64,000 nucleotides of DNA from Haliotis rubra (GCF_003918875.1 NW_025766114.1:1426001-1490000), one strand, 5' to 3'; positions 11,067-25,376 are shown, numbered from the stretch's first letter. Notes: generated from the letters alone by a model not told the origin. A program made the numbers and translations.

Positions 11067-12070
11067 TTAATTTCCCCTTTTCTTGTCTGAGGTGACAAAA
11101 CATGAGCTGGTCAGCTCTGAGTCAGTATACTGTGTCTGAGTGGGGTATATCCTCATTAAAATGTGTTACAAGGTATTAATGGCTAGCACTACTAAACAAA
11201 CAGACTAGCAGCCACACACACATAAATGCATGTTACTATATGATGGCAATAATATTGTCAAAGATTCCAAACACTATTTCACCTGACCTCAAGCAAAAGG
11301 CTTCATTAACCTGGCTATGTTTGTATAAGCTTTCACATGAACCCAAAAAACATAAATTCACTGACATTAAATGTACCAGATCAGATTTTGTGGGTCGTCA
11401 AGAAGCTCTCCATTTCAGTTTACAATTTCCTTAAACGCGTCACATAGTGCCAAGATAAAGCCGAAAAGTGCCGCTGACAATAAAACCGCACACACTCACT
11501 ATCAGCTTTAATATCCTGACACAGCAAGATGGGGCCAAGCGTGTACCTTCAACAATTGCTAACCTTTGCAGAGAGGACCTATAATTTCAGAAGAGATCTC
11601 GCGGCATTTTCCAGCAATATTCATGACCCATAGATCAATATTCATTCTGTGAAAGAATCAATGTTGGCATCATAAATGGCCACTAAAAAGGCTAGTAGAG
11701 TATGGCCTCTGACCAAACCTTACGACAATGTACAGGACACTAGCTTTAGACAATGATTTATAGCGACACTTGTGCAATCTTCAGTGACAGGAAATTCATG
11801 GAAGACTTGCTATTTCAATCAATTGGACAATAACAGAAAACTCAGAAGCTGTGATTCCATGATCTAGCTGTTCCTTACATGTCCATGATCTCTAAACTGA
11901 TGTTGGTGTGTGGCAATTCAAGCATTTATGTTAAGCCTACCAATCAACAAATTTTGAAATAAATTTTGATAACATCATCCTGTAAATGTCACGAATTGAA
12001 AGAAGTAATTTTGAGTTTAAAATCTGAAACCGATTCCAAGGTGCCAATCTAAGGAGTGTCATCTTTGATA

Positions 12071-12228
12071 GTGAGTCAGTGAGGTTTTACATTGTTCTTA
12101 GCAATACTCCAGCAATATCACGGCAGGAACACCAGAAATTGGCTTCATACATTGCACCCATGTTGGAATTGAACCCAGGTTTTCGGAGTGACAGGCAAAC
12201 CATTTAACCACCAGGCTACCCCAATTAC
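12071..12228 (-). mobile_element. SINE family A, diverged
   Basis: TAGCAATACTCCAGCAATATCACGGC...TTTAACCACCAGGCTACCCC. Confidence 0.88.
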
Positions 12229-12384
12229 CTTGTATGAGTGAGTGAAAATTGTTTAAAGCTTGTAAATATCTCAGTCTAGGTCAGACAAACTAAGAACTAA
12301 CACCACATGCAGTGATCCACTCTGTTGGGAACTGTTAACAATGATTCAGTCAGGTCACTGATTCTAACCACCTGACAGTTTATA

Positions 12385-12609
12385 GATGGCCCAGTGGAAC
12401 ATGCCAGGAACTGTGTAGGTTCAAATCCCATTTTGCCCCAACTACATTTTGAGGCTTGTCAGCACCATACCCATCTTTGTGTGTTAACTAAAGTGGTAAA
12501 AATCTAAGACCTGTATCACTTCATGTTTTCTTCGCCATTAATCTGACACACCATGATAATACTGGAATACTGTTCAAAGCGGTGTCAAACTCAACCCACT
12601 CACTCACTC
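12385..12609 (+). mobile_element. Degenerate tRNA-SINE with a different body but the family A-type tail
   Basis: TGGCCCAGTGG and GGTTCAAATCCC boxes; tail CTGGAATACTGTTCAAAGCGGTGTCAAACTCAACC followed by (CACT)n. Confidence 0.55.
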
Positions 12610-13584
12610 TGTAGATCACTTTAAGGCAGGGGATAATGCGACTTTAATAAACCTGTCCACATACAACTGTTGATTGCTCACTGTGATCTGTGAGAGCTCC
12701 TCAGATCGTGTGACTGATGTTGTTCGTGTTGTAATGTGTGTGTAATGGATATATGTATTTATTGTAATTCCAGCGTCCATAACGCAAGACAAATTCCCTT
12801 CATGGGTAATAAAGTAATATTATTATGATTATTATACAACAATGGTATATAGAATGGATTCAGTACAGTTGCAAATCATCCTTCAAGAACATACGGCCGA
12901 CATTTTGACAAATATGTAAAGTTAATATGGGAGGAAAAAACAACACTGCTTTTTCAGATCAACATTTATACTTTGTCAAAATTTGTTGAAGATGAAAGAC
13001 AGCAGGCTGTCAGACATGAATGATCGTATGTGAGTAGAAAAATAACGAAGAGCAGTATATAATCACCATATTTGACCGGTTCCATCTGTAATAACTTACA
13101 AGGCACCACAACCTGCATGTCCTATCAACACTTCAAACCAACATGTTCCTTATCCCATTTTTTTATCAAAAAGATGAAATTCTAAAAACGGAAATTAAAC
13201 TTGCCCCAAATACTCCTTTCATAAACATACATTTCAAAGATTGTTTAGCTCTCTCTCGCAGTTATTAGAAAGTCCTTTTAACTGCAACCACACTCTCCAT
13301 TGATCTGACAACTGTCTGAAAGAGGCCAGGAAGACTGGTATACTCTTAGGGTCAAAACGTTGAAATGACTGTGTGGCACGTAAAGCACACACAGATTGCT
13401 GTGGATCTGGCTTTTGATCACGATGTTATATGTCAATATTCGCAATCTGCACATGGCAATGATTGTCATTCACTCATGTTTGAATCATTACAAACATATG
13501 CTCTGTCGTCAAGCCAAAGTATTGGTATACTTTAAGAATTCATGAAGTCTCAAAGAAGTTTTCATATGTGTTCTGTCGTGTTTT

Positions 13585-15355
13585 CAGAGTGGGTCTCATC
13601 AATGCTCCGTTGGGTTCTGCACATGGTTCTGATCTATATTTATTCACATTCTCAAAACTCATCTGGTCTATATTCCGTAAAGTTCTCTAAATGGGTCTGA
13701 CTTATGATGTTCATTAGGGTTCTACAAATGGATCTGATCTATGTTCAGAGGGGTTCTACACAGGGATCTGATCTATGTTTAGTAGGCTTCTACACAAGAG
13801 TCTGATCTATGTTCAGTAGGGTTCTACACAGGAATCTGATCTATGTTCAGTAGGGTTCTACACAGTTTTCTGATCTATGTTCAGTAGGGTTCTACACAGG
13901 GATCTGATCTATGTTCAGTAGGGTTTTGCACAGGGATCTGATCTTATAATGTTTCGTAGGGTTCTATAAAGGGATCCGATCTATGTTTAATTGGGTTCTA
14001 CACAGGGATGTGATTTATGTTAAGTAAAGTTCTACACAAGGATCTGATCTATGTTCAGTAGGGTTCCAACAGGGATCTGATCTATGTTCAGTAGGGTTCT
14101 ACACAGGGATGTGATTTATGTTCAGTAAGGATCTACACAGGGATGTGATCTATGTTCAGTAGGGTTCTACACAGGGATGTGATCTATGTTCAGTAAGGTT
14201 CTACACAGGGATGTGATCTATGTTTAATAGGGTTCTACACAGGGATCTGATCTATGTTCAGTAGGGTTCTACACCGGGATCCGATCTATGTTTAATAAGG
14301 TTCTACACGGGGATGTGATTTTATGTTCAGTAAGGTGCTACACAGGGATGTGATCTATGTTCAGTAGGGTGCCACACAGGGATGTGATCTATGTTCAGTA
14401 GGGTTCTACACAGGGATCTGATCTATGTTCAGTAGGGTTCTGATCTATGTTTAATAGGGTTCTACACAGGGATGTGATTTTATGTTCAGTAAGGTTCTAC
14501 ACAGGGATGTGATCTATGTTCAGTAAGGTTCTACACAGGGATGTGATCTATGTTCAGTAGGGTTCTACACAGGGATGTGATCTATGTTCAGTAGGGTTCT
14601 ACACAGGGATGTGATCTATGTTCAGTAGGGTTCTACACAGGGATCTGATCTATGTTCAGTAAGGTTCTACACTGGGATGTGATCTATGTTCAGTAGGGTT
14701 CTACACAGGGATGTGATCTATGTTCAGTAGGGTTCTACACAGGGATGTGATCTATGTTCAGTAGGGTTCTACACAGGGATCTGATCTATGTTCAGTAAGG
14801 TTCTACACAGGGATCTGATCTATGTTCAGTAGGGTTCTACACAGGGATCTGATCTATGTTCAGTAGGGTTCTACACAGGGATCTGATCTATGTTCAGTAG
14901 GGTTCTACATAGGGATGTGATCTATGTTCAGTAGGGTTCTACACAGGGATCTGATCTATGTTCAGTAAGGTTCTACACCGGGATCTGATCTATGTTCAGT
15001 AGGGTTCTACACAGGGATCTGATCTATGTTCAGTAGGGTTCTACACAGGGTTCTGATCTATGTTCAGTAGGGTTCTACACAGGGATGTGATCTATGTTCA
15101 GTAGGGTTCTACACAGGGATGTGATCTATGTTCAGTAGGGTTCTACACAGGGATGTGATCTATGTTCAGTAGGGTTTTACACAGGGATCTGATCTATGTT
15201 CAGTAGGGTTCTACACAGGGATCTGATCTATGTTCAGTAGGGTTCTACACAGGGATCTGATCTATGTTCAGAAGGGTTCTACACAAGGATCTGATCTATG
15301 TTCAGTAGGGTTCTACACAGGGATCTGATCTATGTTCAGTAGGGTTCTACAAATG
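13585..15355. repeat. 34-bp satellite (~45 units, degenerate at the left edge)
   Basis: Unit GATCTATGTTCAGTAGGGTTCTACACAGGGAT(C/G)T. Confidence 0.97.
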
Positions 15356-15361
15356 GTTCTG

Positions 15362-15585
15362 GCCGATGCTTAACACTGCACCCAGCACTGTGGCTGTATA
15401 GCAAAGGTCTGTAAATACTTGAGTTTAAACTTGTTAATCCAGTGATCAACAATATGAGCATCAAGCTACGCAACTGGGATACAATGGTATGCATCAACCA
15501 AGTCGGCAAGCATGACCCTGTTAGTCGCCTCTTACGACAAGCATGGGTTGCTGAAGACCAATACTCACACAAATCTTCATGGGTT
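15362..15585 (-). mobile_element. SINE-like family B
   Basis: GTTAGTCGCCTCTTACGACAAGCATGGGTTGCTGAAGACCAAT...TCTTCATGGG. Confidence 0.9.
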
Positions 15586-16454
15586 CTTCTATATGGATTC
15601 AATACAAAGTGCTTGCCACTACTTAAATCTCAGCCACCAAAATATCATGTTGAACTAACCCAAGTGCACCAATCATGAAACATGGTTAGAACATTCTACA
15701 ATACTGATCTAATTACTGGAATGTACACCAATCAACAATATCTTCAGATTTCTGTCTCATCAACCAAAATGGAAACAAGTCAACTAACATCCACCAAAAG
15801 AATAACCCTAATCCACATCCGACATATACCAGAAATGTCCCGGAAAAAAAACGATCCATGAGAGATGATTGGCATTTACCTCAAACCACAGCTGATGCCA
15901 TGTAATAGCTGTCATAATAAAATCTCTAAATTAGCTCATATGACCACAGCAAAGGAACTATGTACATAAAATGTCCATTGTCTCAACAAATATATAAGTG
16001 TTTCAACTTCAATCACCTCCCAGAACATCTAGCTAATGCATCAGCACTCCTATCATCCTTAACAAGGTGTTGTAAAGTATCATCACAGTGTACCCCTTTG
16101 AACTTGGCATTTTGGGTTTTTTATTGAGCACACATTTCCAACCACTTATTGAAATCACGGACTTTTAGGTGGAAAGTGGCAATTATATTTTATATAGGAG
16201 ATGTCGTGTATTGGTGATTTGGCCACAACATGCAGTTAGAGTATCGGAACTAATTAGTGTTATTGTTTTGTAGCACTTGAACTATTGGGATAGTGTTTTT
16301 TGTTAAGGGGCTATCATTGTTGACTAAATTAGCATATGGCTATTGGTGGTTTCTTTAATCTTAATGGTTGTTAGTGGCAATACAGCTTGAACTTTGTATA
16401 GTATTGATTATTGTTAAGTACTGTTATGTTTCATATGATGGTGTTTGATACATA

Positions 16455-19220
16455 CAATTACAGAACATAGAACATATCAACCACATCCATATCATTTCAG
16501 GACATACAACACCAACCACATCATATCATATATACCATTACAGAATATAGAACATATCAACCACATACATATCATTACAGAATATAGAACATATCAACCA
16601 CATACATATCATTACAAAACATAGAACATATCAACCACATCCATATCATTACAGAATATAGAACATATCAACCACATCCATATCATTACAGAATATAGAA
16701 CATATCAACCACATCCATATCATTACAGAATATAGAACATATCAACCACATCCATATCATTACAGAACATAGAACATATCAACCACATCCATATCATTAC
16801 AGAACATAGAACATATCAACCACATCCATATCATTACAGAATATAGAACATATCAACCACATCCATATCATTACAGAATATAGAACATATCAACCACATC
16901 CATATCATTACAGAATATAGAACATATCAACCACATCCATATCATTACAGAATATAGAACATATCAACCACATCCATATCATTACAGAACATAGAACATA
17001 TCAACCACATCCATATCATTACAGAACATAGAACATATCAACCACATCCATATCATTACAGAACATAGAACATATCAACCACATCCATATCATTACAGAA
17101 TATAGAACATATCAACCACATCCATATCATTACAGAATATAGAACATATCAACCACATCCATATCATTACAGAATATAGAACATATCAACCACATCCATA
17201 TCATTACAGAATATAGAACATATCAACCACATCCATATCATTACAGAATATAGAACATATCAACCACATCCATATCATTACAGAATATAGAACATATCAA
17301 CCACATCCATATCATTACAAAATATAGAACATATCAACCACATGCATAGAACATATCAACCACATCCATATCATATATATACCATCCATATCATTACAGA
17401 ATATAGAACATATCAACCACATCCATATCATATATACTATTACAGAACATAGAACATATCAACCACATGCATAGAACATATCAACCACATCCATATCATA
17501 TATACCATTACTGAGTATAGGACATATCAACCACATCCATATCATTACAGAATATAGAACATATCAACCACATCCATATCTTACATACCGTTAAAGAATA
17601 CAGTGCATCTCAACCACATCCATATCATTACAGAATATAGAACATATCAACCACACCCATATCATTACAGAATATAGAACATATCAACCACATCCATATC
17701 ATTACAGAACATAGAACATATCAACCACATCCATATCATTACAGAATATAGAACATATCAGCCACATCCATATCATATCATTACAGAATATAGAACATAT
17801 CAACCACATACATATCATTACAGAATATAGAATATATCAACCACATCCATATCATTACAGAATATATGACATATCAACCACATCCATATCATTACAGAAC
17901 ATAGAACATATCAACCACATCCATATCATTACAGAATATAGAACATATCAACCACATCCATATCATTACAGAATATAGAACATATCAACCACATCCATAT
18001 CATTACAGAATATAGAACATAGAACATATCAACCACATCCATATCATTACAGAACATAGAACATATCAACCACATCCATATCATTACAGAATATAGATAT
18101 ATCAACATATCATTACACATATCAACATATCATTACAGAATATAGAACATATCAACCACATCCATATCATTACAGAATATAGAACATATCAACCACATCC
18201 ATATCATTACAGAATATAGAACATATCAACCACATCCATATCATTACAGAATATAGAACATATCAACCACATCCATATCATTACAGAACATAGAACATAT
18301 CAACCACATCCATATCATTACAGAATATAGAACATATCAACCACATCCATATCATTACAAAATATAGAACATATCAACCACATGCATATCATTACAATAG
18401 AACATATCAACCACATCCATATCATATATACCATTACAGAATATAGAACATATCAACCACATCCATATCATATATACTATTACAGAACATAGAACATATC
18501 AACCACATGCATAGAACATATCAACCACATCCATATCATATATACCATTTCTGAGTATAGGACATATCAACCACATCCATATCATTACAGAATATAGAAC
18601 ATATCAACCACATCCATATCTTACATACCGTTAAAGAATACAGTGCATCTCAACCACATCCATATCATTACAGAATATAGAACATATCAACCACACCCAT
18701 ATCATTACAGAATATAGAACATATCAACCACATCCATATCATTACAGAACATAGAACATATCAACCACATCCATATCATTACAGAATATAGAACATATCA
18801 GCCACATCCATATCATTACAGAATATAGAACATATCAACCACATACATATCATTACAGAATATAGAATATATCAACCACATCCATATCATTACAGAATAT
18901 ATGACATATCAACCACATCCATATCATTACAGAACATAGAACATATCAACCAGATACATATCATTACAGAATATAGAACATATCAACCACATCCATATCA
19001 TTACTGAGTATAGAACATATCAACCACATCCATATCATTACAGAATATAGGACATATCAACCACATCCATATCATTACAGAACATAGAACATATCAGCCA
19101 CATCCATACCATTACTGAATATAGAACATATCAACCACATCCATATCATTACAGAATATAGTGCATCTCAACCACATCCATATCATTATATAATATATGG
19201 CATCTCAACCACATCCATAT
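16455..19220. repeat. 37-bp satellite (~70 units) containing a ~1.04-kb internal duplication
   Basis: Unit ATTACAGAATATAGAACATATCAACCACATCCATATC; rare variants recur at an offset of 1040 bp. Confidence 0.97.
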
Positions 19221-19279
19221 ATCGATATCATATCATTTCAATCAAACCATTTTTTGTGTAAAAACACTAAAAAATATAA

Positions 19280-19400
19280 CCAAGAAGCTTCAAAGTAAGA
19301 CAATTCTTGTTAAAACACCAAGAACAAAAAAAGCTGTTAGACCAGGGTACCAACAAAGACACATCCTACTGGTTGTCCAGATTTTGTAAAGATAAATGCC
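19280..19400 (+). pseudogene. Possible Penelope-like C-terminal fragment
   Basis: FLLKH...KKLLDQG(Y)...SRF resembles the PLE KLL.QGY motif; short and frameshifted. Confidence 0.3.
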
Positions 19401-20419
19401 CCTGCTATCAGATCTGAAAAAACTAATCAACACCAATGCATTCCTTCAAAGATAAAAAACACGCGCACACTAACCACATGTCAAAATCAATTGCTTGTAG
19501 TTGCTTGTCGCCTGCCCAAAAGCAATGCATCATCTTGCCATGTTCAAATCATGTTACTGTCACTATGCAGATCCAGATTGGAAGAACCATAAATTGACAC
19601 GACATCAACACAAAATAAACTGTAAACTAACCCTTTGAAGTTGTATCAAATACAAATTACGCCACAATAATTTGCTTGTCATTTCTTCAACATGAAAAAA
19701 CCCTTGAAAAATGAAACTTCCATTTATTGTTAAGCTGAACATTATATTATCATTAGGAGTAACTTCAAAGCAATTTGAGTTTCTCTACTGTTATTTAATA
19801 GCTGATATATTGGGCACAATATCAGGTTAACAAAACAGACTAATGTTTGTAATGAATTTTCAACAGAGGATGTTCGTTTTGTGTTGAGGAACGAGGTTTT
19901 GACATTAATAAGATCTCCAATTTCTAGGTTTTGTTGTCTTTGGGTGATATTATGAAGAATAATGGGATCAAGAAATTGAGGTAGAAAGAAAATAACTGAA
20001 AAAATAATTAAAGTTTGAAGTTTTAATTACTCTGACAGATGAAGTTTATTTCTAATTTTGAACACAATAAATTCCAGGATCATTTTACAACCATTTATTG
20101 TCAGAATGGAGTAATGGTATAAGACTGTAAAGTGCAAGGGTCTATGAGTCAATGGTTTGAATCTCTGTGTACTACAGGATTTCTTCCAACATCAAAATGA
20201 CATCCATGATAAAACAGAATGACTGTTTCAACAGACATCAATCTCACATAACTAATGAAAAAACAACATCATCTGAAATCATTTTTGTTTATTTAAAGCA
20301 AATATTATGACAGAAACCTGGCATTGTTCAAATACTCCTGTACTTCGGGAAGTACGAAAGAAACCTGAAAGGATATGAAATAAGTTTTAATAATGTTTCT
20401 GTCAGGGGCAATTAACCAA

Positions 20420-20745
20420 TTAGCTCAGAGAGTACTTGGATGGGAGACCGTGTTTGGCAGCTTGACTCCTGAGAGTTTCTAGGACTTCAGTCCTGCCCCA
20501 CAACGAAGCACATGTGATACATGTGGTCTCACCTTAGGCAAGTGAGTTTCTTAAAAATTTTCTCTGTTCACCCAGCAGATGGGCACCCGGTTGGATAAAG
20601 TCATGTGACTTGACTATAACCTTCAAGCGCCTAACAGGCAGCTTGGATTATCCGGGGTAATAATAATCAGATTCTGATTACAGGGTCCAGTGAGCAACTA
20701 GTCGGATGGATACTATGCACTATATAAAATGAATTATTATTATTT
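20420..20745 (+). mobile_element. SINE family F (5S rRNA-derived), 5' truncated
   Basis: AGTACTTGGATGGGAGACCG is identical to the 5S rRNA IE/C-box region; body CCTTAGGCAAGTGAG...CACCCAGCAGATGGGCACC; L2-like tail GAGCA...GCACTATATAAA followed by (ATT)n. Confidence 0.85.
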
Positions 20746-21144
20746 ATTCTTGATAAATTCCTGGAAACAAGAAAAAAGGGAAGTTTTGTACTTATGACAT
20801 ACATGTAATTAAAATTACACAATGCTTTAGATATAGTTTTGGATATTCTATTTTACCGATCACTGTGTCAGAATTCATCTCATTATATCCTTGGGTATGT
20901 TTTAACCAGATAGACGGGAAATGTGTGCACAGCTGATTGCTATTTCGGACTCTATATACGAGACAAATACACACGGTATTCTTAATCCCTGCATATAATA
21001 TAATGCCCATCAAAAACAAGTTGGAACTGAAAAGGTAAATAATCTTATCTGGGGATGTTTAATTGCAATTTGGTGTCTTCAATGACAAAGTCGTTTTCTC
21101 TTGTTTGTTCACACAAAATGATACAATGTCATTTTCTTTCTAGT

Positions 21145-21258
21145 CACCAGAAAAGAAAATTTGACGAAAGTGTTATCAGTAGATAAGCCGACCCCCTTCT
21201 ACAGGCTGCTTTTTTTTCCGTCTTCAAAATTCGGCTTATCTACGGTAATATACGGTAT
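21145..21258 (+). mobile_element. Tc1/mariner (pogo-like) non-autonomous element end
   Basis: ...AAATTCGGCTTATCTACGGTAATATACGG|TA with subterminal GTAGATAAGCCGA repeats; related ends at 46871 and 63173. Confidence 0.65.
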
Positions 21259-21599
21259 TTGTAACAAAACTAACTAAAACAAGTAATGTACCACCCCAAA
21301 GAGAGTAAAGTTTTCTGGTGCTCCCTTGAATTTCTGGTGCCAAAATATTGGTGGCCATGTTTAAAGTTGAAGTGGAATATTGTGTGCATTTTATAGAAAC
21401 ACAATAGCTGGGATTATTCCTACAAATTTTCAGCTCAGTTGGACTTGGAGTTTGAGAGATTCCATAAATATACTGACACTAAAAAGAATGAAGATATGAA
21501 GGTGAAAGGTTATGGCTGAATAAATTATTTAATATGACAAAATATGTATCATGTACTCTCTTATTCAGCATCCTGCATAAGGCTTCATAATCATGCAGA

Positions 21600-21843
21600 C
21601 CTGTGTAGGTCCGGGGTAGAATTGGTCTTCAGTAACCCATGCTTGTCGTAAGAGGCGACTAAAGAATGGAATGGTCAGGCTCGCTGACTTGGTTGACACA
21701 TGTCATCGTATCCCAATTGTGTAGACCGATGCTCATGCTATTGATCACTGGATTGCCTGGTCCAGAATCGATTATTTACAGACCACCACCAAATAGCTGG
21801 AATATTGCTGAGAGCAGGGTCAAACAACACAAACCAAACCAAC
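21600..21843 (+). mobile_element. SINE-like family B, full length
   Basis: CCTGTGTAGGTCCGGGGTAGAATTGGTCTTCAGTAACCCATGCTTGTCGTAAGAGGCGACTAA ... GCTGGAATATTGCTGAG followed by (AAACC)n. Confidence 0.93.
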
Positions 21844-22189
21844 ATTATTATGTAAGCCGATTAATGGGCAAACTTGACATTTTTAACATGACCACCATTT
21901 CTGCCAATCAGTCAGAATTAACTCTGCACAGAGTTAAAAATACAGAAAAGAAACTTCTGATCCAATTTGTGGAAGTACATGTTATACTTCAATGTTGCTC
22001 TTTAAGAAACCCAATGCATATTCATAAGTTCTACCCTGTATTTCAAACTGCTTTTCTTGAGAAAGAAATATATGTTTATCAACCAATCGACTCCTGATGA
22101 ACCCTCATTTTGGAATCGATGTAAATGTGGCCTTGTCGTGTCCTTTTTCAAGTCCCAACAGGTGATGTATGGCTTACAACAAATAATTG

Positions 22190-22740
22190 TGGGCAAATAA
22201 CTTCAGAAAACTCACAAGTAACTTCTACAGGGAACCGGAAAACATTACTCGTGAGTTTCATGAGACACTCAAAAAACTTCCCAATTTGCAACCGAATGAA
22301 ACCTTCAAGTTTTTGAAACAAGATGACTTATCTGACAATACCTTCATCAGTTTCTACACAATTCTCCTTTTCCAGACATTACCAATTTTAAACCCGATAT
22401 ATATCCATCGAAAAACAGATGGAATGGCACAGGCTCACAGTCTGCCAGAGAAAACCCATTTCAGAAATTGCACCTTTTGAGACATGATTTTAAAGCTGAA
22501 TGACTTCAACAAGCAGACAAACAACCACTCCTTTGACTGGCAATCTTAAATTGTAGGTTTTCAACGACTGATGCACAAAAAGAGGAGAAATACGTGAAGC
22601 CAAATATGTTGCCATATTGACCAGAGGAATCCTGCCAATAATGTATTTACAATGCAAGTGTCTTAACTCCAGGAATAATATCCTGGCGTTGGATGTCATG
22701 ACTCCAGGACAATTCCTTTCATATCCTTGGAGGGTAGGGG
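22190..22740 (+). pseudogene. Decayed Penelope-like RT fragment
   Basis: NFYREPENITREFHETLKKL...TFKFL followed by ILALDV..TIP...EG (PLE DV.SLYTNIP...EG motif), with indels. Confidence 0.45.
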
Positions 22741-23114
22741 TTCATTTATTATTCTTTTAAAAATAATTGTTAATAAAATATTTAAATGTAACTGCCCCAA
22801 GTTTTAATGGATTACCTGAAAATGTTGTGAAAAAATGGAACACTACTTCTCTTTTCAGACATAAACATTTAAACTGTCTTTAAGCAATGGCTAATTTATT
22901 ATCAGTCTTGAACAAAATTACTGCAGTGTATCACCGTCAAAATATTTATTATGTATGAAATCCATAGGCATATACATGTCAATATACATATTCCAAACAG
23001 GTATGAAGGTGAATGAAAAATAAAGGAAAGAATTTTTCAAAATTCATAGCATTTATCTGTCTACCTGCAGAGAATATCTTACACCCCTAGTAGAATATAT
23101 TAGTAACATATATT

Positions 23115-23425
23115 CCATATTTATCCAGTCTTCTTTCTCTGTACAAGCCTTCTCTCGTTCGCTCTGTTCGCAAGATAATGATCTGCTTGTTGTCCCTAAA
23201 ACTAGAACAGTGAGATATGGAAACAGATCCTTTGCCAATGCAGCACCAGTGGCCTGGAACAAACTTCCACAGAATCTCAGGGACTGTACTGACTTTGCCA
23301 CATTCAAGTCCCAGTTCAAAACACATTTGTTCAGGACAGCCTTTTCAAATATCATTGTGTAATTTGTTACATTCTATCTGGGCTTTGAGCATGGCATTCA
23401 TGAATACCAGCGCATTACAAATGTG

Positions 23426-23455
<30 letters not shown>
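23115..23455 (+). mobile_element. L2-type LINE 3' end (ORF2 C-terminus, 3'UTR, (GAT)n tail)
   Basis: Translation PYLSSLLSLYKP/RSLCSQDNDLLVVPKTRTVRYGNRSFANAAPVAWNKLPQNLR...FKSQFKTHLF; tail GCTTTGAGCA...GCGCATTACAAAT followed by (GAT)n. Confidence 0.9.
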
Positions 23456-23456
<1 letters not shown>

Positions 23457-23739
23457 ATATGTATTGCTGTACTGGAATTTTTAGAATCTTAATACCTATT
23501 TTCTATCTTTACTCTCATTTCGTATGCAGATAAAACGAGTTAGATTGGTAATGTCTACAGTTTTGTTTTGATAAAGGATATTGCTATTATCATATTAAGT
23601 TGCAAATTCTCAGTAAAAATCTACCCCAAAGTTCTTTATAAGCCAGACGTTTCAACAAAATCTGATATTCATCTTCTAAATCTACTTTACATACAAGACA
23701 ATTTCTTAGAGATCCATCAATATTTCGCCACCTTCTTTA

Positions 23740-23856
23740 AACATAAGACACCAGCTCTGAATTTGATCAATACTTTACGGAATTTATACCCACATTAGGA
23801 ATTGAACCTGGGTCTTCTGTGAGCAAATGCTTTTACCACAAGACTGCCCACTACCG
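23740..23856 (-). mobile_element. SINE family A, old fragment
   Basis: GGAATTGAACCTGGGTCTTCTGTGAGCAAATGCTTTTACCAC. Confidence 0.65.
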
Positions 23857-24311
23857 CAAACTATTTTAAGTAAATACAATCAAACACCACTGTGTTGAAG
23901 TTAAAGAGACCTTCATAAATTAGTTATCCGAGGGTCTACACAACCAAACAATATATGAATAAACAAAGAATACAAAGTTACCAAGCTTTCACTTTGAGAC
24001 AATCGTACGTTCAACACATCAACGTTCAACACATCAACGTTAAACACAATGGTGTTCGACTGAACATTTAGGCTCTCAGCTCGTCTTGTCTTATTACAGC
24101 AAGACATACCCAGTTCAAGTGGTGCATTAAATTCAAGTAAAATGTCTTGTCTGCAAGGTCATTAAACATTAAAAATTCAATTAATAAACTTGATTCAGCT
24201 GCACTACATCCCTAAGGTGAAGTTTTAGCTCACCTGGTTATTAATGAGTTCTTTGGCATCAGTTTATTTGGCAGTTGTTGCATTAAGACAACATACCATG
24301 TGTTTCTGTTG

Positions 24312-24470
24312 GAGTGAGTGAGTGAGTGAGTTTAGTTTTACCCCGCTTTAAGCAATATTCCAGCAATATCATAGCTGGGACACCAGAGATGGGCTTCACT
24401 CATTGTACCCATGTGGGGAATCGAACCCGGGTCATTGGCGTGACGAGTGAACGCCTTAACCTCTAGGCTA
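24312..24470 (-). mobile_element. SINE family A
   Basis: (GAGT)n tail through AACGCCTTAACCTCTAGGCTA. Confidence 0.92.
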
Positions 24471-24800
24471 TCGAGGAAGGAAGTATGTTACAGCAACAAA
24501 ACCTTCTTCAAACCACATTCATAAGGAAAGCTATATTTATTATAGAACAGTCATTTATATCATTCTGACCATATCATGAACATGTTTATATGAATCACTA
24601 TCAAACTGTGATGATGAGCATATTCTGCCCCACCAGTGGCATTCATCACAAACACATGCAAAGGCAAGGCAATTGTTCAGGTGAAAACAAAAGAGTAAAA
24701 GTCAAAATAGCAAAATTCATAGGATGTCAATTTTGTCATTGATATCCTAAGGAAGATTTATTCCCAGTGTTCAATATGGTACCCATCCTGAAAAGAAAGA

Positions 24801-24970
24801 CTGCCTGACTGACTGAGTTTAGTTTTACGCCTCTTTTAGCAATATTCCAGCAATATCACGGCGGGGGACACCAGAAATGGGCTTAACACATTGTGCCCAT
24901 GTGGGGAATCGAACCCAGGTCTTCGGCGTGACGAGCCAAAGCTTTAACCACTAGGCTACCCCACCGCCCC
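24801..24970 (-). mobile_element. SINE family A, full length
   Basis: TSD CTGAAAA(G/A)AAAGA at 24788-24800 and 24971-24983. Confidence 0.95.
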
Positions 24971-24983
24971 CTGAAAAAAAAGA

Positions 24984-25376
24984 GGTGGTGGTGTTTGGAC
25001 TCGTGCATTCCCAGGTCACAATTCAGTTGAAGTTAAGCAACATTGGTCACAGAGATTCCTAACAATGGATTGGTGACCATGTTTGGCAGCTTGCCTGCTG
25101 AGAGTTTCTAGGACTTCAGTCCTGCCCCACAGCGAACACATGTGACAAATGTTGTCTCACCCTCGGCAAGTTAGTTTGTTCAAAATTGCCTCTGTTAACC
25201 CAGCAGTGAATGGGTACCCAATGGGATGAGATGATGAAATGAGTGTTAACCTTCTAGCACCTCACAGGCAGCTTGGGTTAACTGGGGTAAAAATATCTGC
25301 GCTTTGCCATAATTTGTCCTTAGCACCACTGAGCATCTTTGAGATGGAAAATGGGGGCTCTACAAATGTCTTATAT
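24984..25376 (+). mobile_element. SINE family F (5S-derived), near full length
   Basis: GAAGTTAAGCAACATTGG (5S A-box-like), TGGATTGGTGACC, body shared with the copies at 20420 and 45090. Confidence 0.85.

Noticed and set aside
12890-13560. Possible Penelope-like remnant (HTF...SQLL)
   Set aside because: The motifs are too eroded to support by eye.
15760-16060. Possible I/Nimb LINE RNase H remnant
   Set aside because: Only a vague resemblance (ITLIHI...IP); not supportable without a search.
13585-19220. CRISPR-like 34-37 bp repeats
   Set aside because: Head-to-tail units without unique spacers, eukaryotic context, no cas genes.
20430-20452. 5S rRNA gene
   Set aside because: Only the internal promoter segment matches; it is embedded in SINE family F.
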